From: Laetmonice hystrix
Lineage: Eukaryota
Assembly: GCA_965235115.1 (NCBI GenBank)
Contig: OZ249438.1
Coordinates: forward strand, 37,262,001 to 37,326,000
Length of the DNA stretch: 64,000 nt
Direction of reading: 5' to 3'
Shown here: positions 23,437 through 35,508 of the stretch, in pieces
Position numbering within the stretch: the first letter of the stretch is position 1
Layout: each line of letters starts with the position of its first letter
Notes under the pieces: model-generated
What the model saw: the letters and a program-made list of their open reading frames with translations, nothing else
Database searches by the model: none
Told to the model about the DNA's origin: nothing
Translations under genes and position numbers: made by a program

Positions 23437-24852
23437 GTCCATACTTGACGGGTTCGGTCCATACCTGGCGGGGTCGGTCCATACCTGGCGGGGTCGGTCC
23501 ATACCTGACGGGTTGGGTCCATACCTGACGGGTTGGGTCCATACCTGACGGGTTCCGTCCATACCTGACGGGGTCGGTCCATACCTGACGGGTTGGGTCC
23601 ATACCTGACGGGTTGGGTCCATACCTGACGGGTTGGGTCCATACCTGACGGGTTGGGTCCATACCTGACGGGTTGGGTCCATACCTGACGGGTTGGGTCC
23701 ATACCTGACGGGTTGGGTCCATACCTGACGGGTTGGGTCCATACCTGACGGGGTCGGTCCATACCTGACGGGTTGGGTCCATACCTGACGGGTTGGGTCC
23801 ATACCTGACGGGTTGGGTCCATACCTGACGGGTTGGGTCCATACCTGACGAGTTGGGTCCATACCTGACGGGTTCCGTCCATACCTGACGGTTTCCGTCC
23901 ATACCTGACGGGTTCCGACCATACCTGACGGGTTCCGACCATACCTGACGGGTTCCGTCCATACTTGACGGGTTCCCTCCATACCTGACGGGTTCCGACC
24001 ATACCTGACGGGTTCCGACCATACCTGACGGGTTCCGACCATACCTGACGGACCTGACGGGTTCCGACCATACTTGACGGGTTCCGACCATACCTGACGG
24101 GTTCCGTCCATACCTGACGGGTTCCGACCATACCTGACGGGTTCCGACCATACCTGACGGGTTCCGACCATACCTGACGGGTTCCGTCCATACCTGACGG
24201 GTTCCGACCATACCTGACGGGTTCCGTCCATACCTGACGGGTGCCGTCCATACCTGACGGGTTGGGCACATACCTGACGGGTTCCGTCCATACCTGACGG
24301 GTTCCGTCCATACCTGACGGGTTCCCACCATACCTGACGGGTTCCGACCATACCTGACGGGTTCCGTCCATACCTGACGGGTTCCGACCATACCTGACGG
24401 GTTCCGTCCATACCTGACGGGTTCCGACCATACCTGACGGGTTGGATCCATACCTGACGGGTTGGGTCCATACCTGACGGGTTGGGTCCATACCTGACGG
24501 GTTCCGCCCATACCTGACAGGTTCCGTCCATACCTGACGGGTTCCGTCCATACCTGACGGGTTCCGTCCATACCTGACGGGTTCCGTCCATACCTGACGG
24601 GTTCCGACCATACCTGACGGGTTCCGTCCATACCTGACGGGTTCCGACCATACCTGACGGGTTCCGTCCATACCTGACGGGTTCCGACCATACCTGACGG
24701 ACCTGACGGGTTCCGACCATACCTGACGGGTTCCGACCATACTTGACGGGTTCCGTCCATACCTGACGGGTTCCGTCCATACCTGACGGGTTCCGACCAT
24801 ACCTGACGGACCTGACGGGTTCCGACCATACTTGACGGGTTCCGTCCATACC
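23437..24852. repeat. 20-bp minisatellite, about 70 copies
   Basis: Unit CCATACCTGACGGGTT(GGGT/CCGT/CCGA). Confidence 0.97.
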
Positions 24853-25609
24853 TTACAGACCCTGACCTATCCTACTTGACGTTGCGGTTGTCATGACGTT
24901 CTGTTACCCATTTATCACTATTGTCGTCGTGTTGCTTTCATTAACCCAAGCCGGCAACCATCAATTGATTACGACCAGTCCAATTACTTTCCCTCATTGG
25001 CCCCACGGGTTGAGCATATTAAAATGAGTTCTCGCGCTCGCCGAGACTAGGGGGTGGGTAGCGCGAGATACGTCCATCATCACCTTGACAATAAGCTCCA
25101 ACTGATGGAGTGTCTGAATGCCCGTGACAGACCCGGATTTATATCCAATTGACCCCTTGGTGATCTTACAGGGTTGGCCAGATCCGATGGGACTAGGGAG
25201 GGAGGGAGGAATATGTTAGATCGACAGATGGATGCCGAGTAAGGATTCCGAGCTGTGTGTGGGGCTGACTTGAATCTTAATTTACGGATTGAACCAAGCG
25301 GGTCTCGGGAAAGAGATTAAAGATATACCTGGAGGATATATTCCTTGAGGAAAATGAAATGTGTATGGCCATAGTCTGCGGTATCCCTGGCCACCATCAC
25401 CATCCTGGATGAGTCGCTCAACGCCTTGGGCGCATGTATCCATGGTGTGTCCATGGTGTGTCCATGGTGTCATTTGTGTACAGGACCTATAGGTTTGTAA
25501 CGTGGTCGCATATTGAGCTGAATACATTTTACATTCATTTCGACCTACCGTTCCTCTGCTCGTGTCAGCTATAAAACAAACAATGAGTGCACGTCATCAT
25601 CTTTCATTT

Positions 25610-25875
25610 TTATATACACTATGATACCTAATACTGTTTGATAACATATATTGATATTATATTTCAATATACACTATGATACATGATATTGTTTGATAAC
25701 ATAATGTTGATACACTATGGTACATGATACTGTTTGATAACATGTGTTGATATTATATTTCAGTATACACTATGATACATGATACTGTTTGATAACATGT
25801 GTTGATATCGTATTTTAATATACACTATGATACCTGATAATGTTTGATAACATAATGTTGATATTATTTCAATAA
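25610..25875. repeat. AT-rich ~53-bp repeat, about 5 copies
   Basis: Recurrent ATACACTATGATACATGATACTGTTTGATAACAT. Confidence 0.8.
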
Positions 25876-27518
25876 ACGACATGGCTCAGTATCCGTGGTA
25901 TCCCTGGAAGCTATTAATGCACTTCCACGAATGATTCAGAGTAGAATTTCATGGCATTTCTTTCAAATTTAACGATAGCTGCAAAAGCATCTGTTATGAC
26001 ATTTCGTGGTGAGGCAAGATTATTTCTAAGCAAATTGTAGTGAATCTTTCATGGAATTTCAGGTCTTCCAGGTCTAGACTCACTAAGTATAGTAGTCGAG
26101 CGGGAGCTTTTGTTCCTGTTGGTGTATGGTTTGGGACAGATCAATAAGAACATGTTTCCTGACGATCAGAAACGTCGAGGTGGAGGTAGGGAAGAAGGTG
26201 ACGTTTTGAAACAGTAGGATAATCTCAGAAATTATTGTTGATGAACCGGAAGGTTGTTTGCATTATCAGTGATGGGGTGTAATGATACGAATGTATTTTT
26301 CACCCCCCCCCCCCCGCAAGAGTTGGGGCGGAGACGAGTTCGGGGTAGGTGGGCTACCCCCAAGCTCAATGAAATTTAGAATTTGTACCTAGGGGGCCTA
26401 ACTCCCCTGGCGCTCCGCCAACCCTCCCCCCTCCCGAATGTCGGCAGTGGTGCCCCCTCCAACCCCTACGACATGGCCCGTGTAGCGCAGTAACCAGCCA
26501 CCCAAAGTTGCATCTTGTCTGCAGCACTCGTCGTGAACCACCAGACCTGCGCACTTCGATCGGGTTTTTGTGTCAGAAGTTGATTACGGCTAGATAATGG
26601 TGAGCCGGTGGAGGACGGTCATCATCTCGGTTTGAAGGGATGGTCAGACTGCAACTACAGTACGCCACGTGGACTTCTTGGAAAATTACTTCTGGCTTTA
26701 TTACCCAATAAAAGGCCGCGTTCTCAGAAAACTCAAATAAAATCAAATTGGTTGTCATTATACATAGTATATAGGGGCGTAACTAGATAAGTATAAAAGA
26801 GGATCTATACATAGTCTAAGTCATTTTGATTCATGGTTGTGGAAGGATAATCCATATCTCATGTCTACATTTACAGCTTACATTTTACACGACGTATAGC
26901 GCAGCTGGTTCGAATGGCTTTAGTCGTTGTAATAGGACCTGCTTTGTCTACATGAATGCGTGGATTTAGTGGATAATAATGGGATAATAATGGTCCACCT
27001 GTACACCTTTCGTATTAAACACTCAAGAACTGAATAAGATATTCTCGTGAAACATTCAGATTCAAGGGTTATTGGAGTCTTCGGACAAGTTCAAAAAGGT
27101 TTCTCTGCTTCAAGATCTCGGACCTAATCCTAAGCCTGTAACAATAATATCTGATCTGATTCGTCAGCTCCACTCTCCGGTTATTGAGGAGATAACTTCA
27201 GCGAATTTCTCTACAGTCAAGTTTTCTTGTGAGCATTTCATATTTGTACCTCTTATACACTCGGAAAATGAACTTGGGGGAAGGAATGGTTTGTTTGTTG
27301 TAGGAGGTTCAGACCTCCGTACGTGTTCATCTGACACTGGCTGTGTACGGGTAATAGGAAACATGAACCTGTCATCAACATATGTAATGATCGGGCGGTA
27401 TGTCAGAGGGAAGGCGCGGGTCGTGAGACCATTCCCCGACCCACCGCCCAGCCGACGGCATTACAAACAGTTAGCGTGTTCTTCTCGGAACATATCGGCC
27501 AATATTGGCATCGGTAAG

Positions 27519-28120
27519 AAACGGCACAATGCACCCATGTCGGGTTCGGTCCGGGTTTGGGCCAAGCTCAGTCTGCAGCCGGATTGGTGGTAGGAAACGG
27601 CACAATGGACCCATGTCGGGTTCGGTCCGGGTTTGGGCCAAGCTCAGTCTGCAGCCGGATTGGTGGTAGGAAACGGCACAATGGACCCATGTCGGGTTTG
27701 GTCCAAGTTCAGTCTGCAGCCGGATTGGTGGCAGGAAACGTCACAATGGACCCATGTCGGGTTCGGTCCGGGTTTGGTTCAAGCTCAGTCTGCGGCCGGA
27801 TTGGTGGCAGGAAACGGCACAATGGACCCATGTCGGGTTCGGCCCGGGTTTGGTTCAAGTTAAGTCTGCAGCCGGATTGGTGGCAGGAAACGGCACAATG
27901 GACCCATGTCGGGTTCGGTCCGGGTTTGGTTCAAGTTCAGTCTGCAGCCGGATTGGTGGCAGGAAACAGCACAATGGACCCATGTCGGGTTCGGTCCGGG
28001 TTTGGTTCAAGCTCAGTCTGCAGCCGGATTGGTGGCAGGAAACGGTACAATGGACCCATGTCGGGTTCGGTCCGGGTTTTGGTCCAAGCTCAGTCTGCAG
28101 CCGGATTGGTGGCAGGAAAT
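27519..28120. repeat. 76-bp tandem repeat, about 8 copies (one internally deleted)
   Basis: AAACGGCACAATGGACCCATGTCGGGTTCGG... at 27519, 27595 and onward. Confidence 0.92.
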
Positions 28121-28206
28121 GCAGAGTGCGTGCGGTCTGTTGTAATGATCAAGACGGCTACTGTTGGTGGTGTCAGGGGGGTGGGTCTCTCCCAAGAAAT
28201 CAATCA

Positions 28207-28368
28207 CGGGGGTCGGGACGGGGGTCGGGCAGGGGTCCGGAACGGGGTCCGGGACGGGGTCTGGTCTGGGCAGGGGTCCGGGACGGGGTCCGGGCCGGGG
28301 TTCAGGACGGGGTCCAGGACGGGGTCCGGGACGGGGTCTGGTCTGGGCAGGGGTCCGGGACGGGGGCC
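28207..28368. repeat. G-rich ~12-bp repeat
   Basis: GGGGTCCGGGAC variants. Confidence 0.8.
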
Positions 28369-28499
28369 CGCCGACAAGTCCATGTTAGTTTATCATTGGA
28401 ACCTGACCAAGAAACAACCGAACTGAAATTGTTGGAATAAAAACCAGCATCAACATGTTTTGCACATACACGGAATCCTCGACTTCATTTACTGATGTT

Positions 28500-28951
28500 T
28501 TTATCTCGGCGGAGGTCGTATACGGAGAGGTTTATCTCGACACAGGTCGCTTATCTCGGCGGAGGTCGTATACGGAGAGGTTTATCTCGACACAGGTCGC
28601 TTATCTCGGCGGAGGTCGTATACGGAGAGGTTTATCTCGACACAGGTCGTTTATCTCGGCGGAGGTCGTATACGGAGAGGTTTATCTCGACACAGGTCGT
28701 TTATCTCGGCGGAGGTCGTATACGGAGAGGTTTATCTCGACACAGGTCGTTTATCTCGGCGGAGGTCGTATACGGAGAGGTTTATCTCGACACAGGTCGT
28801 TTATCTCGGCGGAGGTCGTATACGGAGAGGTTTATCTCGACACAGGTCGTTTATCTCGGCGGAGGTCGTATACGGAGAGGTTTATCTCGACACAGGTCGT
28901 TTATCTCGGCGGAGGTCGTATACGGAGAGGTTTATCTCGACACAGGTCGTT
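28500..28951. repeat. 50-bp tandem repeat, 9 near-identical copies
   Basis: TTATCTCGGCGGAGGTCGTATACGGAGAGGTTTATCTCGACACAGGTCG(C/T). Confidence 0.95.
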
Positions 28952-30588
28952 TAATGATGGTTTTATCTTGGCATGAGGATCAGACTAATTAGGAGGCCCG
29001 GAGTTGAAGTTTGACCTTTCTTGACAGCCAAGACAGGTGGGGTCCTCAAACAGAGACAGTAGAGCAGTTAGATGACGGTTCTGTCAGGGATAGCGGATAT
29101 GCTGAGTAGATCACCAGGCCTGGTCTGGCGGACAGTCGACTTGATCCAGCCTCACCAAGCGTAACCAGCTCCAATCAGCCTAGGCCGGCGAGACAATGGA
29201 GGTGACAGATGAGGGGCTTGGCCTCGCAATCCGTGGGGTTACGGTGTGGGGAGGACTTGATGGTGGAGTTTACGGAGGATTGGGGCAATCCGGTGAGTGG
29301 CAGCAGCGGCCAGGGCCGTGCCGACGGACGGCCGACCCGCCTGGCCTCGCCTGGCCTCGCCTGGCCTCACCGACACAGATATATAGCAAGAGGTCATCGG
29401 TATGCCGCCGACGGGATGGCCCGTCACAGCAACTAGCGCCTAGATTAGCCCCTACTGGAGCGTCAGGGCAAAGGGTAACTGGTAGGGCAATCAACAATAA
29501 TCCTGCAACAGCAGGACTACCGATGCTAGCTACGCCCTGCATCGTAACGTAAGCTACTTACGGTATGGCGGTGGAGGGTGACGGCCGTCATGTGGTAGTG
29601 AGTAGGTTGGTAATATTATGAACCCCACCCGTTGTTTGTCAAACTGTTCTGGGCATAGCATGATGGAGTAGGAAAACACTTTACAGGTTCTTGTGCGTGG
29701 CCCAATACTTTTCTTTAAGGTCCTGCACTCTTTGAGCTGTATAAGAGGTTTTTATTGTAGACGCCTAATGATATTCCATCACAAACTTTAACCAATATAA
29801 ATCTTCATTTTATTTTGTCTGAGTTTGGTTGCCACTAAGCCCCCGCGCTGCATGGCACGGATGACGTCAGCAGTGTGTTTGCCGGGGCGCTGTCAGATTC
29901 CTTTAGTCTGATGATACCGTAATGTAATCCGTAAAGAAAGTACGGCAGGGGTAATAAGGTTCTACGGTAACCCAGCTAATCCTCCCTTGGAACAATAGGA
30001 TTCGACAGCTGGATGCCCCGCTCCAGCAACGTAATTACTCTCAAAGAAATACATATTTGACATCAATGATTTATTAAGTGTTTCCAATTAAGATCTAAAA
30101 ACCCCATCTGTGTTTGAATATTGATGACTGTTTGTCGATCTTGGATACGAAAGTGAATGAAAACAACAAAGCTAGAAGTAGAATGCGAGCCAAACTGTAA
30201 ATTTACTGGCTTTGTTAATCTACAGTATTGTAAATGTATGCATCACCCGGGGAAATTTGGAGACTCATTAGCCAAATAGATTCTACAGCAATGACAATTT
30301 TTCATGGGCTTGAAGATCACCATTAACCTTATTGAATTTCGTGATTCATCAAATTCTCATGCTGATAAACGAATTGATCAATCATAATTATTTGGAGATT
30401 CATTATCAGTAATGAACATTACTGGTGGCCAATACATTACCGGGTAGATGTGGCAGAAGGAGGACAGATGTGGTAAAGACTAAGACTCTCAGTTTCCTTC
30501 ATAGGACCTCCATAACCTTATCTCCGAGGACAGATTATGGCCAGGATGGTGCCAAGGTACTCTTTCACACTCGTATTACAACATTGAG

Positions 30589-31767
30589 ATAGGAAGTCCA
30601 TATGTCCGTTCTGCCATGGCAATGAGTTATCTCGAGTAACTTGACGTTATATAGGAAGTCCATATGTCCGTTCTGCCATGGCAATGAGTTATCTCGAGTA
30701 ACTTGACGTTATATAGGAAGTCCATATGTCCGTTCTGCCATGGCAATGAGTTATCTCGAGTAACTTGACGTTATATAGGAAGTCCATATGTCCGTTCTGC
30801 CATGGCAATGAGTTATCTCGAGTAACTTGACGTTATATAGGAAGTCCATATGTCCGTTCTGCCATGGCAATGAGTTATCTCGAGTAACTTGACGTTATAT
30901 AGGAAGTCCATATGTCCGTTCTGCCATGGCAGTGAGTTATCTCGAGTAACTTGACGTTATATAGGAAGTCCATATGTCCGCTCTGCCATGGCAATGGGTT
31001 ATCTCGAGTAACTTGACGTTATATAGGAAGTCCATATGTCCGCTCTGCCATGGCAGTGAGTTATCTCGAGTAACTTGACGTTATATAGGAAGTCCATATG
31101 TCCGCTCTGCCATGGCAATGGGTTATCTCGAGTAACTTGACGTTATATAGGAAGTCCATATGTCCGCTCTGCCATGGCAGTGAGTTATCTCGAGTAACTT
31201 GACGTTATATAGGAAGTCCATATGTCCGCTCTGCCATGGCAATGGGTTATCTCGAGTAACTTGACGTTATATAGGAAGTCCATATGTCCGCTCTGCCATG
31301 GCAGTGAGTTATCTCGAGTAACTTGACGTTATATAGGAAGTCCATATGTCCGCTCTGCCATGGCAATGAGTTATCTCGAGTAACTTGACGTTATATAGGA
31401 AGTCCATATGTCCGCTCTGCCATGGCAGTGAGTTATCTCGAGTAACTTGACGTTATATAGGAAGTCCATATGTCCGTTCTGCCATGGCAGTGAGTTATCT
31501 CGAGTAACTTGACGTTATATAGGAAGTCCATATGTCCGTTCTGCCATGGCAATGGGTTATCTCGAGTAACTTGACGTTATATAGGAAGTCCATATGTCCG
31601 CTCTGCCATGGCAGTGAGTTATCTCGAGTAACTTGACGTTATATAGGAAGTCCATATGTCCGCTCTGCCATGGCAATGGGTTATCTCGAGTAACTTGACG
31701 TTATATAGGAAGTCCATATGTCCGTTCTGCCATGGCAATGAGTTATCTCGAGTAACTTGACGTTATC
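30589..31767. repeat. 62-bp tandem repeat, 19 copies
   Basis: ATAGGAAGTCCATATGTCCG(T/C)TCTGCCATGGCA(A/G)TG(A/G)GTTATCTCGAGTAACTTGACGTTAT. Confidence 0.97.
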
Positions 31768-32353
31768 CAATTAACAGCTAGATTAACCATTCCGTGCATC
31801 TCCCCTACCGGAAGTGACCATAGATGGCGCCACCTAACTCTTTAAGATGGAGACCAGATATGATAAGAATCCAGTATCCTGTTATCATACCCATGGCTAC
31901 CACTGGGGAGTACACGAATTTGGGGCGGTTTATAACTCAAAATAAAACCTAGATTATTCTCATCAAGTGAGAAAAAAATACCCCGTGGTGGTCCCTCTGG
32001 TGGTCTTGGTTGAAACTAAACCCGTATCGCCACCTAGTGGTGAATATTGCGGTACGCCTGTGATCAGTGCCGGGGATTAGGTACAAATGAGGCGGCGGTG
32101 TGGTTACATACAGTCGGCCAAAGTCGGCTTAATTAGGTACGTGTTGATGGCTTCCTTATGTAAGCTTCCAGTGACCCTTGTGTCAAGGTGGAAGCGTTAC
32201 TCGAGACGTACTGCCTTCAGTAATACGTGTGGCCAACTGAAAGATGGATCAAATAGATAAATAGAGAGTCAACGTGGAACGTTCTGGTATTCTGAAAACC
32301 GTAATATCCACGTTTGATCAAATGGACAGATTTTAAACTATAATTATCAATTC

Positions 32354-32993
32354 AACATCGGTCAGTTTGCCTGATAACCTGTGGTGTGGTAACCAACCCA
32401 GCGGGTTGAAATGTCAGCTGGTCACGGCTCCCGTCACTGCAGGGAGAATGACAGAACCCGACTATTGGTGACCTTGAAAACATCGGTCAGTTTGCCTGAT
32501 AACCTGTGGTGTGGTAACCAACCCAGAGGATTGAAATGTCAGCTGGTCATGGCTCCCGTCACTGCAGGGAGAATGACAGAACCCGACTATTGGTGACCTT
32601 GAAAACATCGGTCAGTTTGCCTGATAACCTGTGGTGTGGTAACCAGTCCAGAGGATTGAAATGTCAGCTGGTCACGGCTCCCGTCACTGCAGGGAGAATG
32701 ACAGAACCCGACTATTGGTGACCTTGAAAACATCGGTCAGTTTGCCTGATAACCTGTGGTGTGGTAACCAACCCAGAGGATTGAAATGTCAGCTGGTCAC
32801 GGCTCCCGTCACTGCAGGGAGAATGACAGAACCCGACTATTGGTGACCTTGAAACCATCGGTCAGTTTGCCTGATAACCTGTGGTGTGGTAACCAACCCA
32901 GAGGATTGAAATATCAGCTGGTCACGGCTCCCGTCACTGCAGGGAGAATGACAGAACCCGACTATTGGCGACCTTGAAAACATCGGTCAGTTT
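32354..32993. repeat. 125-bp tandem repeat, about 5 copies
   Basis: The period is visible in the sequence and in the repeated spurious ORFs at 32411, 32536, 32661 and 32786. Confidence 0.95.
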
Positions 32994-33198
32994 CGGGTAT
33001 ACCGTCGGATGCAGTGGATTTCTCCCACGATAACCCATTCGGAAAACCTCGGCTGTTTCCGGAATGCCTATCTAGCCTTGGATGTAGCCTATGTGGCCGC
33101 CACCACACGCCAATAAAGGTGGACTTCCGGTCGTGAACAGGCCGTGCATGAATATGAGCGAACGTAAGTAGGCGGCTATATTGTGACGCCCTGTTTAA

Positions 33199-33770
33199 AG
33201 GGAAATGTGAGTGCTCGACGGAATTTGATTGACCGCTAGAATTTTCAAAATATTTTTATAGGGGATAGCCTTTGTCCTTAGGAGTACAAAGAAACAAAAA
33301 AAAATCATATGTCACCGAATTTGATTTTTTTTTATACAGGCCTCCGTAAAAATGGGTCTTTACTAAAGGTTTCAATGGGAAAACGGGATTTTTTGACTAA
33401 TAGTTAAAAAACGACCACAGATTTTCTCCTGAAATTCGGTGACAAGATAAAGTGGATCAGGACTAATAGTTTAAAACAAAAAAATATGGGGGTCACGGAA
33501 TTAAAAAAAAGTTACAGCCTGCCAAACAGTCAGTGCCTTGGTAAAACACGGGTCTTAACTATAGCATTCAATGGAGTAGACAGGTTCTGGCACACAGTTT
33601 GGTTCATGGTTTAAAAAATACTACTGATTTCCACATCAAACTAATTGACTGCATAAATACGCCAAACATTTTTCTGTTAAAGCTCACTACGCGGCGCTTT
33701 GAACACTCGCATTTCCCCAGTAGTACCAACGCGACTCACTACGCGGCGCTTTGAACACTCACATTTCCCT
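33199..33770. mobile_element. TTAA-flanked MITE (Kolobok-like), 572 bp
   Basis: TTAA|AGGGAAATGTGAGTG...CACTCACATTTCCCT|TTAA. Confidence 0.8.
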
Positions 33771-33967
33771 TTAAATAGTCCCCAATGCGGCAGTGATTAC
33801 TGTACATTTCTGCGCATAGTTTTCTTTAGCAGCCTTATTATTGTCCAGTCAACGCCTTCTTTTGCTTACTGTTAAGCAAAGAAGAAATCTGTCCACGACT
33901 CTGACGTTCCTAACAACTGTGAGATTGGTGTCCGAGCTGTTTCCTCCATGTTTGCGGTCACCTTCTC

Positions 33968-34256
33968 CAGGGTTTCCGCCAGAGGGTAAAATGGGTAAAA
34001 TTCCGTACCCTAAATTTCTTTCCAGAGTACGGATCCGTACCCTAAAAATCGCTGGGTAACCATTTTTCCACGAAGTGATAAAAAACCCAGATGATGCCTT
34101 GAGCAACTTGGAGGAATCGAACAGTATAATGCAGTCTTTATTTGATTAATTCACATATTTGTAACAGCAGTCAGGGTTAGGGTTATGCTAATCCTAACCC
34201 TAACCCTAGCCCCTCTTCTGGTCCGTACCCTAATTTTTTTTCTGGCGGAAACCCTG
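33968..34256. mobile_element. 289-bp MITE with 16-bp terminal inverted repeats (hAT-like CAGGG ends)
   Basis: CAGGGTTTCCGCCAGA...TCTGGCGGAAACCCTG, flanked by the direct repeat CTTCTC. Confidence 0.75.
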
Positions 34257-35073
34257 CTTCTCCTTCCAGGTCACTGACCCCACCCACCCACTGCACTACT
34301 CGTCACATGGCGGATCACATGATACGGCCGAGGTATGATGGAATCGGCCGACTGTCAGCCGAGTGATGATAGAAGTCATACCGATTCTATACTTCAGTGC
34401 ATGTCTCGTGTTTCACGCTGTGAATTCTTACATTGGACCATGATTGTGGAGAGCTTTAACCCAATTTGGAGTCAGAGAATGGAGTTAGTTGAAACCGAGA
34501 GAGCAAAAAAGTGGGGGGGGGGGATTCCATTATTTGAAGGATAGATATGGGCCGCGAAAGTAATTTCAGATAGCTGTGGTATTTATCGCCAACCGGTGTC
34601 ATTTATTGAATGAGTTGTCAGGGAGGTGCACATCACATGGGACCAATGGCAGCCCCGCTCAGGGTCACGTGACAACAGTGTCAGCTGACGTCATAATCTG
34701 AGGCGTTATTCATCCGTAATGGAGACAAGTCGGCTACGAACGTTCACGACTGGGCGAGATCCCTGCGCGCAGAAAAAAGTACCGTTCTGGTCGGCGGCGG
34801 AGCCCGTCATTAGGCTGACACAGGAGGTGACACTCGGGCACAAATTATGACCGACATCATTATCGTTCATTAATTTGATTATTGTTGTGATTATCTCCCT
34901 CAATCTAATACAAAGAGCGATCGTGACGACACAAAATACAACCTGACCGCTCCAAACATTGTTTTCCCAGTGTCAGGTCAGCCCAGAATTGATGTTGGAA
35001 ACCATGTCCGCCTCATCGGATGTTAATAGAAGGGACAGCAGCATGGATTACTGATTACTGGGATTGTCAGAAT

Positions 35074-35508
35074 GTGGTATGACCTGTTACTGTGGTATGA
35101 CATGTTACTGTGGAATGACTTGTTACTGTGGTATGACATGTTACTGTGGTGTGACCTGTTACTGTGGTATGACCTGTTACTGTGGTGTGACCTGTTGATG
35201 TGGTATGACCTGTTACTGTGGTATGACCTGTTACTGTGGTATGACCTGTTACTGTGTTATAACCTGTTACTGTGGTATGACCTGTTACTGTGGAATGACT
35301 TGTTACTCTGGTATGACCTGTTGATGTGGTATGACCTGTTACGGTGGTATGACCTGTTACTGTGGTATGACCTGTTACTGTGGTATGACCTGTTACTGTG
35401 GTATGACCTGTTACTGTGGAATGACTTGTTACTGTGGTATGACCTGTTACTGTGATGTGACCTGTTGATGTGGTATGACCTGTTACTGTGGTATGACATG
35501 TTACTGTG
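35074..35508. repeat. 18-bp minisatellite, about 24 copies
   Basis: GTGGTATGACCTGTTACT. Confidence 0.95.

Noticed and set aside
23343-24849. Three overlapping 470-485-aa ORFs on the minus strand
   Set aside because: The 20-bp unit has no stop codon on that strand, so all three frames are open. There are no splice or homology signals.
27072-27593. 173-aa non-repetitive ORF
   Set aside because: It starts at TTG, has no recognisable domain or splice context, and runs into the 76-bp array.
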